NCBI RefSeq assembly: GCF_023283945.1
Contig: NZ_JAKIKW010000001.1
Location: forward strand, 26,807 to 50,806
Reading direction: 5' to 3'
From: Shewanella gelidimarina
Lineage (GTDB): Bacteria; Pseudomonadota; Gammaproteobacteria; Enterobacterales; Shewanellaceae
Length of the DNA stretch: 24,000 bases
The notes below the pieces were generated by a model that ran no database searches, was not told where the DNA came from, and was given only the letters and a program-made list of their open reading frames with translations. The number at the start of each line of letters is the position of its first letter. Position 1 is the stretch's first letter. The translations under genes were made by a program, and so were the position numbers. Shown piece by piece: positions 1 to 8,248 of this stretch.

Positions 1-60
1 AATCTGCTGCGTCACTTCAAGATGCGCAAGAAGCTGGGTTACTGGAAGTTTAAGCTTTAG
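1..60 (+). CDS. 3' end of a CDS truncated by the window edge (..NLLRHFKMRKKLGYWKFKL*); product unknown
   Basis: Frame 1 is open from nt 1 to TAG at 58-60. It lies on the same strand as the WavE-like gene and 80 nt upstream of it. Only 19 codons are visible, so no family call is possible. Confidence 0.3.
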   Translation, partial: NLLRHFKMRKKLGYWKFKL

Positions 61-69
61 ACGTTCATC

Positions 70-107
70 GTTACCTCAAGTTAGTTACTTACTGACTTTG
101 AGGTAAC
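70..107 (+). terminator. Hairpin after the truncated upstream CDS (10-bp stem GTTACCTCAA/TTGAGGTAAC, 18-nt loop)
   Basis: A perfect 10-bp inverted repeat at 70-79 / 98-107 lies directly downstream of the stop at 58-60. No U-tract follows and the loop is long, so it is only a weak intrinsic-terminator candidate. Confidence 0.3.
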
Positions 108-140
108 AAGAGCAAAACGCTATATAGAGAAGCAAAAAAA

Positions 141-1037
141 ATGAAAGCACTGACGTTTGTCGTACAGGGACCTTACTTTACGGAAACTGACCGTAATCAT
201 ATCGCTTCAGAGGAATGCTTTGCCTCTTTACGTAAGTATTACCCTGATGCTACCGTTATATTTTCAAGATCTGACCAAGTTGAGATGCCTAAATCAATTT
301 TAGAATTAATAGATCATGTGGTCTTCCCTGAAGATGCAGGCCAAGTTAAAACTGGATATATTAATGGGGTTGCGAAATTTGAGAATGTAAATAGGCAAAT
401 ACTAGGTGTCCAAACGGGTTTGGCATTAGTGGAATCTGAATATTGTTGCAAAGTTAGGCCTGATTTTAAGTTCACAAGTAACAGTCTAGATCATCTATTA
501 AAATTGTCAGGGCAGAGAACCCCAAGATTAGAAGGGAAGATTACCCTATTAGATATCTACGCTAGAACTGAATATTTTAAGTTTATGGGGAAAAGCTACG
601 TAGATTATCATCTTAGTGATTTTATCCTTTTGGGTAAAACAGCGGATATGAGGTTGTTCTGGGAAGGAGACTTGTTTGAAAGTACAAACACTCAGTACCC
701 ACATTATAATAACTATAGAACTATAGAGCAGATGTTAGGGCGCCGATTCTATAAGCATTTTTATCCAAATATTGAGATTGATGCCTATAGAGACGTCAGC
801 TTCGAAGTTGGTGCTGTATCAAGTAAGCGAATCAGAGATGATTTTAATTTCCTCTCTTTTAAAGAGTTGGGTATAGAGATCCCACGCCGATTTAAGCGTT
901 CATACCGAGATCGTTCTTACTTTATAAATGGCAATCGGTTTGGTCGCGTAGTATTTTATTTCCACTTTATGTATAAGTGGCTGCTGAAGGAGTCTGGTTT
1001 GAGAGGGGCTTGGAATAAGTTAATAGGTAGAGGTTAA
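141..1037 (+). CDS. WavE-like lipopolysaccharide core biosynthesis protein (tentative family call)
   Basis: 298-aa ORF with no competing ORF. The N-terminus LTFVVQGPY resembles, from memory, the VVQGP-type start of WavE-family (wav core-OS cluster) proteins. It sits next to a GT4 glycosyltransferase. The family assignment is unverified. Confidence 0.55.
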   Translation: MKALTFVVQGPYFTETDRNHIASEECFASLRKYYPDATVIFSRSDQVEMPKSILELIDHVVFPEDAGQVKTGYINGVAKFENVNRQILGVQTGLALVESEYCCKVRPDFKFTSNSLDHLLKLSGQRTPRLEGKITLLDIYARTEYFKFMGKSYVDYHLSDFILLGKTADMRLFWEGDLFESTNTQYPHYNNYRTIEQMLGRRFYKHFYPNIEIDAYRDVSFEVGAVSSKRIRDDFNFLSFKELGIEIPRRFKRSYRDRSYFINGNRFGRVVFYFHFMYKWLLKESGLRGAWNKLIGRG

Positions 1038-1123
1038 TGCTTAATTAGTTAAAGTCAGTTTGATTTTTCAAAGAGCTTTATAACATTTCCCCTACCCATT
1101 ACTGCTAGAATGGCCACTCTTTT

Positions 1124-2197
1124 TTATACCGCTAGGTTGATGTACTGCTTAGCTATATATTGGCTATCGACAGCTTGCAATATTGGTAATTCATTTAACA
1201 ATGGTGGATTGGCTAAGCACGCTAAAGCTTTTTCGGCTAATAGAGTTGGCTGACGTCTTGGTACTAAGTACTGAGCAAGTGCACCGGTTAGGATTTCACT
1301 CGGCCCATGTGGACAGTTTGTGCTGACGACTGGCGTACCGCAGATCAAAGATTCTATTAAGACGGTGGGTAGACCTTCGAAATCAGAGCTCAATAACATC
1401 AATTCTGCTCTAGCTATCCATGCATAGGGGTTACTTTGAAATCCCGGTGTAATTATGCGGTTTTCTACCCCATACTTTCTCGCAAGCTTCCGCGCTTTTT
1501 CTGGGCGGTTAGTAAGTAAAACTAATTTTGGTGCAGATGGCATCGCTTGTAACGCTTGAAATAGAATATCTAAGCGCTTCTGCCTAGTCACCCGGCCAAT
1601 ATGAATCATGAATGGTTCATTTGGTAGCCCATCAACTGCTTCTTCCGCTTTAACCTTGATATCGTCAATTCTAAAGGGGTTGTAAATAGCTTGTACGCTT
1701 TTGGGTTTTAACCAACGCGTACCTTTAAGCTCTGTAGCAATTCCTTCCGAAACGGTAATAATACGCTTTCCTATAAGCGCCTTTGCTTTGCGCCAGCGAC
1801 GTAAGAAGTGTATTGGTCCTCGCTTTAACTCCATAATGAGCTCTTGCTGGAGTGCACAGTGGCAGAAATAATAGCATGGAGCAAAATTGCAGCCATTTAC
1901 GACGACATCACAATCAGTGGAATTACTGAGGAATAAAGAGAACTTTCCGTTATGTTGCTCAATATCCTGAATACAACTCTGTAATTGTTGTTGTTGCTCT
2001 GCTAGTGACAGTGTTTTTTGTGATTCGAAAACGTAATGAATTTGCACATTTTGTGGAGGAGTGAAATCACCTTCTCTATTAAAGATAAATAGGTGCACAT
2101 CTTGTCCTGCTTCCTGTAAAACTTCAGCTTGAGTAAGGGCTACTTTCACAGTGCCGTTAGCAAGTAAATTATGGCAGAAGATTGCGACTTTTTTCAT
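1124..2197 (-). CDS. GT-B fold glycosyltransferase, family 4 type (Glycos_transf_1)
   Basis: 357-aa ORF. The C-terminal domain carries the E-x7-E signature (FEGLPTVLIESL..GTPVVSTN), which is typical of GT4 retaining glycosyltransferases. It lies in a polysaccharide-locus context. Confidence 0.85.
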   Translation of the reverse strand: MKKVAIFCHNLLANGTVKVALTQAEVLQEAGQDVHLFIFNREGDFTPPQNVQIHYVFESQKTLSLAEQQQQLQSCIQDIEQHNGKFSLFLSNSTDCDVVVNGCNFAPCYYFCHCALQQELIMELKRGPIHFLRRWRKAKALIGKRIITVSEGIATELKGTRWLKPKSVQAIYNPFRIDDIKVKAEEAVDGLPNEPFMIHIGRVTRQKRLDILFQALQAMPSAPKLVLLTNRPEKARKLARKYGVENRIITPGFQSNPYAWIARAELMLLSSDFEGLPTVLIESLICGTPVVSTNCPHGPSEILTGALAQYLVPRRQPTLLAEKALACLANPPLLNELPILQAVDSQYIAKQYINLAV

Positions 2198-2390
2198 TTT
2201 GAGACTCTTAAATTACTCAATATTTTTTATAGTGAATATTATACCTAATCCTTAACCTGATCGGGCTGCTTGTGCCACTTTATTTATAGACCTCGTGAAC
2301 GATGAAATGGTTCTTCTTTTTTTAAAGCTGATATATGACTTTTGAGATCTACACGCATGTTACTTAAAAGAAAATAGGGTTAATCTTTTA

Positions 2391-3107
2391 TTATTGAATA
2401 AAATCTAGGTATTCGTCTGGTACGCCACAAAAAATCACATCACTTCGATCTATGAGGTTGTAGCGAATATCTTTACCCTCACTTATCATATGGTTATATA
2501 GCGGGGCTATATAAAGCTCCTGTTTCTGCCACTCAGATATAGGCCTTGTAGCTTCGAGGTTAAATATCCTTTTAAAATCCTTTGCATAGCTAAAGTGATA
2601 GAGACCTGTGCTGCACAGATCTGAGATCGGGTTCTTCTCTGCTGTTTCAATTACACGATTGGAGGTTGAAGATAGTGGTTTTGCATATGACCAGTTGCTC
2701 CCTTTACCTTTAAATACTTCTAGATAACCATCACAGTCGCTTACAAGTTCGGGTAACGTAAAATTGGGCCTGAAAGTATCAATATTAAAAATAGTGATTG
2801 GCATATCATCTTCAATATCCTTAAGTCCAAGGTACACTGTTTCTGCTTGGCCACGAGTTTCCGCCGTTAACACTTTAATTTGATAGTTTTTAATCCCCAA
2901 TTTCCGACAACTAGTTTCGACAAATGATGGGGTGTCATATTCACTACGAACAATAAAGAGAAATGGCAACGTGTCAAAGTAAGCTTGAAAGCTTAAAATT
3001 GCATGATCAAAAAGTGTTATACCATGGGCTAGTAGCATATATTTAGGTTTGTTATAGCCCGCTTTAAAAAAGCGAGAACTCAACCCTGCCATTGGGATCA
3101 CTATCAT
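2391..3107 (-). CDS. Sugar-phosphate nucleotidyltransferase (GT-A/NTP_transferase fold)
   Basis: 238 aa. The N-terminal MIVIPMAGLSSRFFKAGYNKPKYML matches the PMAGxGSRF...KPK nucleotide-binding signature. Its start overlaps the upstream stop in TAATG (3105-3109). Confidence 0.75.
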   Translation of the reverse strand: MIVIPMAGLSSRFFKAGYNKPKYMLLAHGITLFDHAILSFQAYFDTLPFLFIVRSEYDTPSFVETSCRKLGIKNYQIKVLTAETRGQAETVYLGLKDIEDDMPITIFNIDTFRPNFTLPELVSDCDGYLEVFKGKGSNWSYAKPLSSTSNRVIETAEKNPISDLCSTGLYHFSYAKDFKRIFNLEATRPISEWQKQELYIAPLYNHMISEGKDIRYNLIDRSDVIFCGVPDEYLDFIQ

Positions 3108-4687
3108 TAGGTACTTCCTGAATTTAATTTAATCTTGTCAAAGAGGCGGTAAGCGTTACCGATAAAGCCTAGCTGACGATCTTGCCTATCACTATGCAGT
3201 GGCAGCATTGAGATGAACAACTGAATTTGCATGGCATATAGTTGATTCTCAGTGATACCAAATTCATCATATATCATATGAATAAAATCCGTAATAATTC
3301 TCTCTTGTCTGGGCGTAGACATAATGCTAAAGGTTAAGTCTTGCTGTTGTAGTGCTGCATCAAAGTAGCCCGCAATAATAGCATCATAAAGACCAATAAC
3401 AGAATGAGATAATTTGGCGATATCGTATACGGTGTTGCCATATATACTTGGCTGGTCGGCGGCATCAATCCCTCTAGGATCGATGACTTTTATATTACAC
3501 GTTCTAAAGTCATATAGAATATTACTAAAGCAAAAATCACCATGTAATACATTTATTTGACCTGAATCCAGGGGAAGGTACTTAAGGCTTATCTCGGCTA
3601 ATTCTGCCAAACTCGGCTGCTGTTTGCCATTTACGGTAATCGGACTGTTAATATCTAATTGTGTATGAGATTTATACGCGAATAAACGCTGTTGGGTTTT
3701 CTTTGCAAAAAGCTGATCGAGGCTCTGTTTATCTGTGTCACGGTGCTCGCTGGCTTGCTTTAGAAATTGACAGCAGGCTTTTAACATTTTTCGCCAAGAA
3801 AATGCCGGCAACTGGCTGAATACATATAGCTCGTTCAATGCAGTTAGATGAAAGTATTCAATACTATAACCAAAAGTATCTTTAGTATTGTTGGTTGCCA
3901 GCAATTGCGGTGTATAACTGCGGAGTGTGCCTGGGATTGTTTGGTACCAACGAGCCTCTGCCGCGAGCTTATTCTTTTTGTAACTCGCCTTGGTTACAAC
4001 TTGTCCGGAGATACTCATTTCATTAAACGCACGCTGCGTGGTCATGCGGGACTTCGACTGAAAATAGGTATGGCAGTGGCCAAAATCATACCAATGTTGG
4101 TATAAATGTGGTGCCATTCCTATATCTTGTATATAAGCGTTAATTCCCAGAATAAAATCCCAGTTCTGGATGATGATATGACGAATTAATATCTTCGGAG
4201 CTGAAAAACTAAAAAATCCATTCGAAATCAGTTCACTAGATAATGTTTTTTCTGGGGTGAATTTACTTAGTCTTGCAGTATGTGGATTATATTCTGCCCA
4301 GTCATAATTATCTTCAACCTGGCTTATGCCGAGTTGATCTAACTCTGAAGAGAGTTGATCTAGTAGTGTATCACCGTGAAGAATAAAAAGTGCTTCGTCA
4401 TGCTCAAGTTCAAGTAAGTTTAAAGCGTAAACAACAGACTCACCTAAGTTAAGGCGTGTAGGTAAATATAGTAATTCAACATTTCTATCCGCAAGTGAAT
4501 CACTATCATACTGACTCGGATTGAAGCCCTCTGGTAATGTTAGAATAATTCTTTCATTCCTGGGGATGAGTGCTAATTGATGGTGGAATAAACGTTTGTT
4601 GCCCACTGGCAGAAAACTCGGCGGTAGAGGTCCAAATTCAGACTGAAGTTCAGTGGCAACAAAAGCTGCAGAGGTGATCAGGTACAT
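3107..4687 (-). CDS. Two-domain protein: degenerate nucleotidyltransferase-like N-domain plus APH/choline-kinase-type phosphotransferase C-domain
   Basis: 526 aa. The C-domain has the Brenner motif HGDFCFSN (nt 3521-3544) followed by KVIDPRG. The N-domain has LPVGNKRL, HGDTL and WYDFGH, which resemble NTase motifs but lack the GxGS/TR loop. It overlaps both neighbouring genes. Confidence 0.7.
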   Translation of the reverse strand: MYLITSAAFVATELQSEFGPLPPSFLPVGNKRLFHHQLALIPRNERIILTLPEGFNPSQYDSDSLADRNVELLYLPTRLNLGESVVYALNLLELEHDEALFILHGDTLLDQLSSELDQLGISQVEDNYDWAEYNPHTARLSKFTPEKTLSSELISNGFFSFSAPKILIRHIIIQNWDFILGINAYIQDIGMAPHLYQHWYDFGHCHTYFQSKSRMTTQRAFNEMSISGQVVTKASYKKNKLAAEARWYQTIPGTLRSYTPQLLATNNTKDTFGYSIEYFHLTALNELYVFSQLPAFSWRKMLKACCQFLKQASEHRDTDKQSLDQLFAKKTQQRLFAYKSHTQLDINSPITVNGKQQPSLAELAEISLKYLPLDSGQINVLHGDFCFSNILYDFRTCNIKVIDPRGIDAADQPSIYGNTVYDIAKLSHSVIGLYDAIIAGYFDAALQQQDLTFSIMSTPRQERIITDFIHMIYDEFGITENQLYAMQIQLFISMLPLHSDRQDRQLGFIGNAYRLFDKIKLNSGST

Positions 4688-5058
4688 GCTTTGTCTTCAA
4701 TAATGAGTTGTTGAATTTCATCATAGCTAAGACGAGCAAACTCCGCAGGCCTGATCGCTCTGTCATCAATATAAAACCCTTCGTGACCACACCATGGTTT
4801 ACCTACTAAAATTTCATCATAGGGAACCTGGTGCTTATCTAACCATGCGGTAATAATCGGCAGGGTATGGATATTAATTTTGCCGATGTTACCTTCAAAA
4901 GTACGCATATTGCGGGCTGTAGATATTACGATTTCAAAGCCATTATTTTGATATTCTTTGAGCCTGTCGATCACCTCTTGGCGTGGGGCCACCTCGGGAT
5001 AATTACTTGTATCGGCCATGGTAAGTGTACCGTCAAGGTCTACGATTAATTTTTTCAT
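4678..5058 (-). CDS. Small HAD-superfamily phosphatase
   Basis: Motif I is DLDGT, motif II is STAR, and motifs III/IV are GKPW...YIDDR. The ORF extends to ATG 5070 (MLLQMKK..), but MKKLIVDLDGT from ATG 5058 gives the usual HAD N-terminus. Neither start has a clear SD. The gene overlaps the next gene by 10 nt. Confidence 0.7.
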   Translation of the reverse strand: MKKLIVDLDGTLTMADTSNYPEVAPRQEVIDRLKEYQNNGFEIVISTARNMRTFEGNIGKINIHTLPIITAWLDKHQVPYDEILVGKPWCGHEGFYIDDRAIRPAEFARLSYDEIQQLIIEDKACT

Positions 5059-5330
5059 TTGCAATAACATAATAGATGAACCATTAGATAAACATTCTAC
5101 ACGCTTTATCTGTATGCGTCATATAGGGCTAATGGGATCGAGTGTTTGACTGCTAATCCCTAGAGCAAATTGCTTTTCCCAATACAGGGCAATGCAATTA
5201 AAGCTAAACGAGTCTGTATCTAGAACGCTCTGAATGTAGGTTAGTTAAGTATTTATATTGAACTTGTAAACTCAAATATTTGGATTTTGAGTTATAATTC
5301 TTTGAAATAAATAGGGCTGAAATCGACGAC

Positions 5331-5492
5331 ATGAACCGCACTAAAAAAATCACTAAAAAATTTATGGGTAAGGCTAAAAAAGCTAATTCAAAACTGCATA
5401 CTGCTAACAAACCCAAATACGTTTCTAAAGCCGAAAGAGATCGTTTGGAAGCATTAGAGATAGCGGGAAAGGCTATCCAAGAGATAGATTAG
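5331..5492 (+). CDS. Small (53 aa) lysine-rich protein, possibly DUF2986-like
   Basis: Hand translation gives MNRTKKITKKFMGKAKKANSKLHTANKPKYVSKAERDRLEALEIAGKAIQEID*. It falls below the ORF-track length cut-off. 15 of 53 residues are K/R and the C-terminus is acidic. I recall it resembling small basic DUF2986 proteins of Vibrio/Shewanella. The SD is poor. Confidence 0.45.
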   Translation: MNRTKKITKKFMGKAKKANSKLHTANKPKYVSKAERDRLEALEIAGKAIQEID

Positions 5493-5645
5493 AGTAGTTT
5501 TTGCTCAAAAATGTGGTTTTATTACATGAATATTCATATTTCGGACACAGCTAATATTAATTACCCTAATAGATATGGCAGAATGCTCGGCTAATTTTAG
5601 CTTAGCAGTGCTAACTGCGAAGCCGATGTAACGGATAGGAGTTTC

Positions 5646-6869
5646 ATGGATATCGTATATTCAATCGGGGAACTAGAATCATTTTTGGTCGCGATAATGG
5701 TGCTATTTATCGGGCATAGTGTTAATCGCCATGTGGGTTTCTTCAAAAAGTACAACATTCCCGAACCCATTATCGGCGGGTTAGTGGTTGCGGCCATTAC
5801 CACCGCCTTACATTTTCAGAATATTACCCTTAAGTTCTCTTTGCCGATGCAGAACACCTTAATGCTAATGTTTTTTAGTACGGTGGGCTTGGCTGCAAGC
5901 TATAAGCTGTTAGCTAAAGGAGGGAAGAAGGTGTTTATCTTCCTTGGCATAGCCTCCATCTACATTGTTATTCAAAATGCCGTCGGCGTGAGTCTAGCGA
6001 CCGCATTAGGCTTAGAACCATTAATGGGTTTGGTTGCCGGCTCTATTACGTTATCTGGCGGTCATGGTACTGGTGCTGCTTGGGCACAAACGTTTTCTGA
6101 CAACTATGGTATGAGTACGCTAGAATTTGCGATGGCCGCCGCAACATTTGGTCTCGTCATGGGCGGGATTATTGGTGGCCCTGTTGCACAGAGATTGATT
6201 GATAAAAACAAACTGGTGTCATCTTATGGCATCGGGGGCAATCATCATAAAGATCACCCCGATCTTGTGACGTATGATCAGCTTGAAGAGGACCGAGTCA
6301 CCGCCAAAAGTGTCATGGAGACCTTGTTCATTTTATTGCTTTGCGTAGTGGGTGCTAGGTGGATTGAGCACTTGGTATCGGTGTTTGAGATCAGTTGGTT
6401 AAAAATGCCTGACTTTGTCTATGCATTGTTTCTTGGTGTGGTGATAACCAACCTTACCGAATTAACTCGCGGGTATAAAACCAATAATGAATGTGTAGAT
6501 ATATTGGGTACCGTCTCTTTATCACTGTTTCTAGCGATGGCATTAATGAGCTTAAAGCTATGGGAGATTTTTGATCTGGCCATTCCTCTGCTTATTATCT
6601 TATTAGTGCAAACCATCGTGCTCGGATTTTTTGCTTACTTTGTCACCTTTAGATTGATGGGCTCGAATTATGATGCTGCTGTTATTGCGGGTGGTCATTG
6701 CGGGTTTGGTATGGGGGCAACCCCAACGGCAGTGATGAATATGGGGGCGTTAGTGTCTCGAAATGGCCCCTCTCCACAAGCATTTATGGTAGTGCCAATT
6801 GTGGGTGCGTTTTTTATCGATATCGTTAATCTAATTGTGCTGCAGGGCTATATTGGCTTTATCTTGTAG
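5646..6869 (+). CDS. gltS: Sodium/glutamate symporter
   Basis: 407-aa polytopic protein. The N-terminal region (..HVGFFKKYNIPEPIIGGLVVA..) aligns with what I remember of E. coli GltS (..FLKKYTIPEPVAGGLLVA..). AGGAG at 5637-5641 lies 4 nt before the ATG. Confidence 0.9.
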   Translation: MDIVYSIGELESFLVAIMVLFIGHSVNRHVGFFKKYNIPEPIIGGLVVAAITTALHFQNITLKFSLPMQNTLMLMFFSTVGLAASYKLLAKGGKKVFIFLGIASIYIVIQNAVGVSLATALGLEPLMGLVAGSITLSGGHGTGAAWAQTFSDNYGMSTLEFAMAAATFGLVMGGIIGGPVAQRLIDKNKLVSSYGIGGNHHKDHPDLVTYDQLEEDRVTAKSVMETLFILLLCVVGARWIEHLVSVFEISWLKMPDFVYALFLGVVITNLTELTRGYKTNNECVDILGTVSLSLFLAMALMSLKLWEIFDLAIPLLIILLVQTIVLGFFAYFVTFRLMGSNYDAAVIAGGHCGFGMGATPTAVMNMGALVSRNGPSPQAFMVVPIVGAFFIDIVNLIVLQGYIGFIL

Positions 6870-6872
6870 ATT

Positions 6873-7493
6873 CTAACGGATCAATAAAATGGCGGCGAGG
6901 GTAATAAAGACCCCACCGCTGGTGCGATCAAACCAATGTAGTTTGTTGCTGGATTTTAGTGTTGGCGCAAGCACATTTGCCATACACGCATAAATCATAA
7001 CGAAGCTAAAGTCGACTATCGCCCAGGTTAGCGCCAATATGGCTAACTGTGGCCCTTGCGGCAGGGTGATATCGATAAACTGTGGGAATAGAGCGGCAAA
7101 AAAAAGTAGATCCTTTGGATTGCTTATCCCGACTAAAAAAGCCTGTTTAAATAGCTGCAGAGGTGCTCCACTACCTTTTGCTTGCGCTAGTTTGAGGCCT
7201 TGCCCATCAGCTTTGGTGAGCAGTAGCTTTATGCCTAGAAAGAGTAAATATGCGCCACCACACCATTTCAATATCGTGAAGCCATATTCCGTTGTATTTA
7301 ATAATGCGCCCAAACCCGCGGCAGATGCCATCATCAATATGAGTGCAGATGTCACGCTGCCTAAAGCGGTCGCTAAGCAGCGGCTTTTACCATAATGAAT
7401 ACCGTGCCCCATGGATAAAACGGCCATAGTGCCGGGGGAGATAGCAATAAGCAGAATGGCGAAAAGGTATAGCAACCAAGTATCAAAAATCAT
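6873..7493 (-). CDS. LysE/RhtB-family amino-acid exporter
   Basis: 206 aa with about six TM segments. The N-terminal ..LLIAISPGTMAVL.. is typical of the LysE family. Its stop is only 3 nt from the gltS stop (convergent genes). Confidence 0.85.
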   Translation of the reverse strand: MIFDTWLLYLFAILLIAISPGTMAVLSMGHGIHYGKSRCLATALGSVTSALILMMASAAGLGALLNTTEYGFTILKWCGGAYLLFLGIKLLLTKADGQGLKLAQAKGSGAPLQLFKQAFLVGISNPKDLLFFAALFPQFIDITLPQGPQLAILALTWAIVDFSFVMIYACMANVLAPTLKSSNKLHWFDRTSGGVFITLAAILLIR

Positions 7494-7560
7494 AATATTT
7501 TATACAATGTCTAGGATCTGGCTGCACTATAGCGGGCAAATTATCTTTAGGCAATGAGGC

Positions 7561-8112
7561 TTAGCGCTGGAAATCAGGGATCACTTTGGGATGACGTCCC
7601 TTAATAGAGCGATAGAAAGCGATGATATTATCCATATCTTGTTGGATATCATCGGTGGTGTCTTTGCCCTCAGGAATGACAACGGTCTTACTGCCAAAAT
7701 CTAACCCCACAGTGACGATGGGGACTTGAGCTTTACTGGCGATATGGTAAAACCCGGTTTTCCAACGTGTTACTGGGCTACGTGTACCTTCAGGTGCGAG
7801 TGCTAAGCTAAAGTTAGCATTGCTATTAAAGATCTCAACGACGGCATCAACCAAGTTATTATTCTTTCTTCTGTCTACCGGCACGCCGCCCATTGCGCGG
7901 AAGAACCAACCCCAAGGCGGAATAAAAAGCTGATGTTTACCCAAAAAGTTAACCTTGGCTCCCATAGCACCACGCGCGACTAGGCCAATGACAAAATCCC
8001 AATTACTGGTGTGTGGACCAACAATAGCGAGATATTGATGATGGGTTGGCAGCGCGCCGACTATTTTCCAGCCACTGGCTTTGAGTAAGAATTTGAAAAA
8101 TGATTGAAACAT
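7561..8112 (-). CDS. PlsC-type lysophospholipid/1-acyl-glycerol-3-phosphate acyltransferase family protein
   Basis: The HX4D catalytic motif (HTSNWD) and the APEGTRS motif are both present. The ATG at 8112 gives MFQSFFKF... The track ORF begins at a TTG at 8121, which has AAGG 4 nt upstream, so the start is ambiguous. Confidence 0.85.
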   Translation of the reverse strand: MFQSFFKFLLKASGWKIVGALPTHHQYLAIVGPHTSNWDFVIGLVARGAMGAKVNFLGKHQLFIPPWGWFFRAMGGVPVDRRKNNNLVDAVVEIFNSNANFSLALAPEGTRSPVTRWKTGFYHIASKAQVPIVTVGLDFGSKTVVIPEGKDTTDDIQQDMDNIIAFYRSIKGRHPKVIPDFQR

Positions 8113-8248
8113 GTAATGCAAACCGCCTTAACTTTATTCTTAGTATTATTGTTTTCTGTGACTTTTACCAATGAGGGACCATAATGGGTAGCAAGACGCC
8201 AGAAGCGAGTTTGGGTATAGTACACGCAATCACCAGAGGGAGAGAGTC

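Noticed and set aside
134-141. Homopolymer runs of 8 (A8 at 134-141 before the WavE-like start, A8 at 7098-7105 in the LysE-family gene, T8 at 17677-17684 in ubiC) as possible phase-variation tracts
   Set aside because: They are at the lower limit of slippage-prone lengths. Two lie in housekeeping genes where on/off switching is implausible, and nothing else suggests a contingency locus.
2238-2243. Perfect TATAAT (minus strand) about 40 nt upstream of the GT4 start, in the 193-nt gap after the NTase gene; a possible internal promoter
   Set aside because: There is no acceptable -35 hexamer at 16-18 nt spacing (GCCCGA at 17 nt), and TATAAT is expected by chance in this AT-rich spacer. It is kept only as a note.
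3848-5049. Plus-strand ORFs 3848-4105 and 4867-5049, antisense to the kinase-fusion and HAD genes
   Set aside because: They are short, antisense to motif-bearing genes and unsupported.
5204-5416. 70-aa minus-strand ORF in the HAD/gltS intergenic region
   Set aside because: It is hydrophobic and low in information, has no SD, and lies antisense to the more protein-like 53-aa lysine-rich plus-strand ORF (5331-5492).
7039-7395. 118-aa plus-strand ORF antisense to the LysE-family gene
   Set aside because: It is a shadow frame of a GC-richer membrane gene, and its Ala/Pro/Ser/Arg-rich composition fits that.
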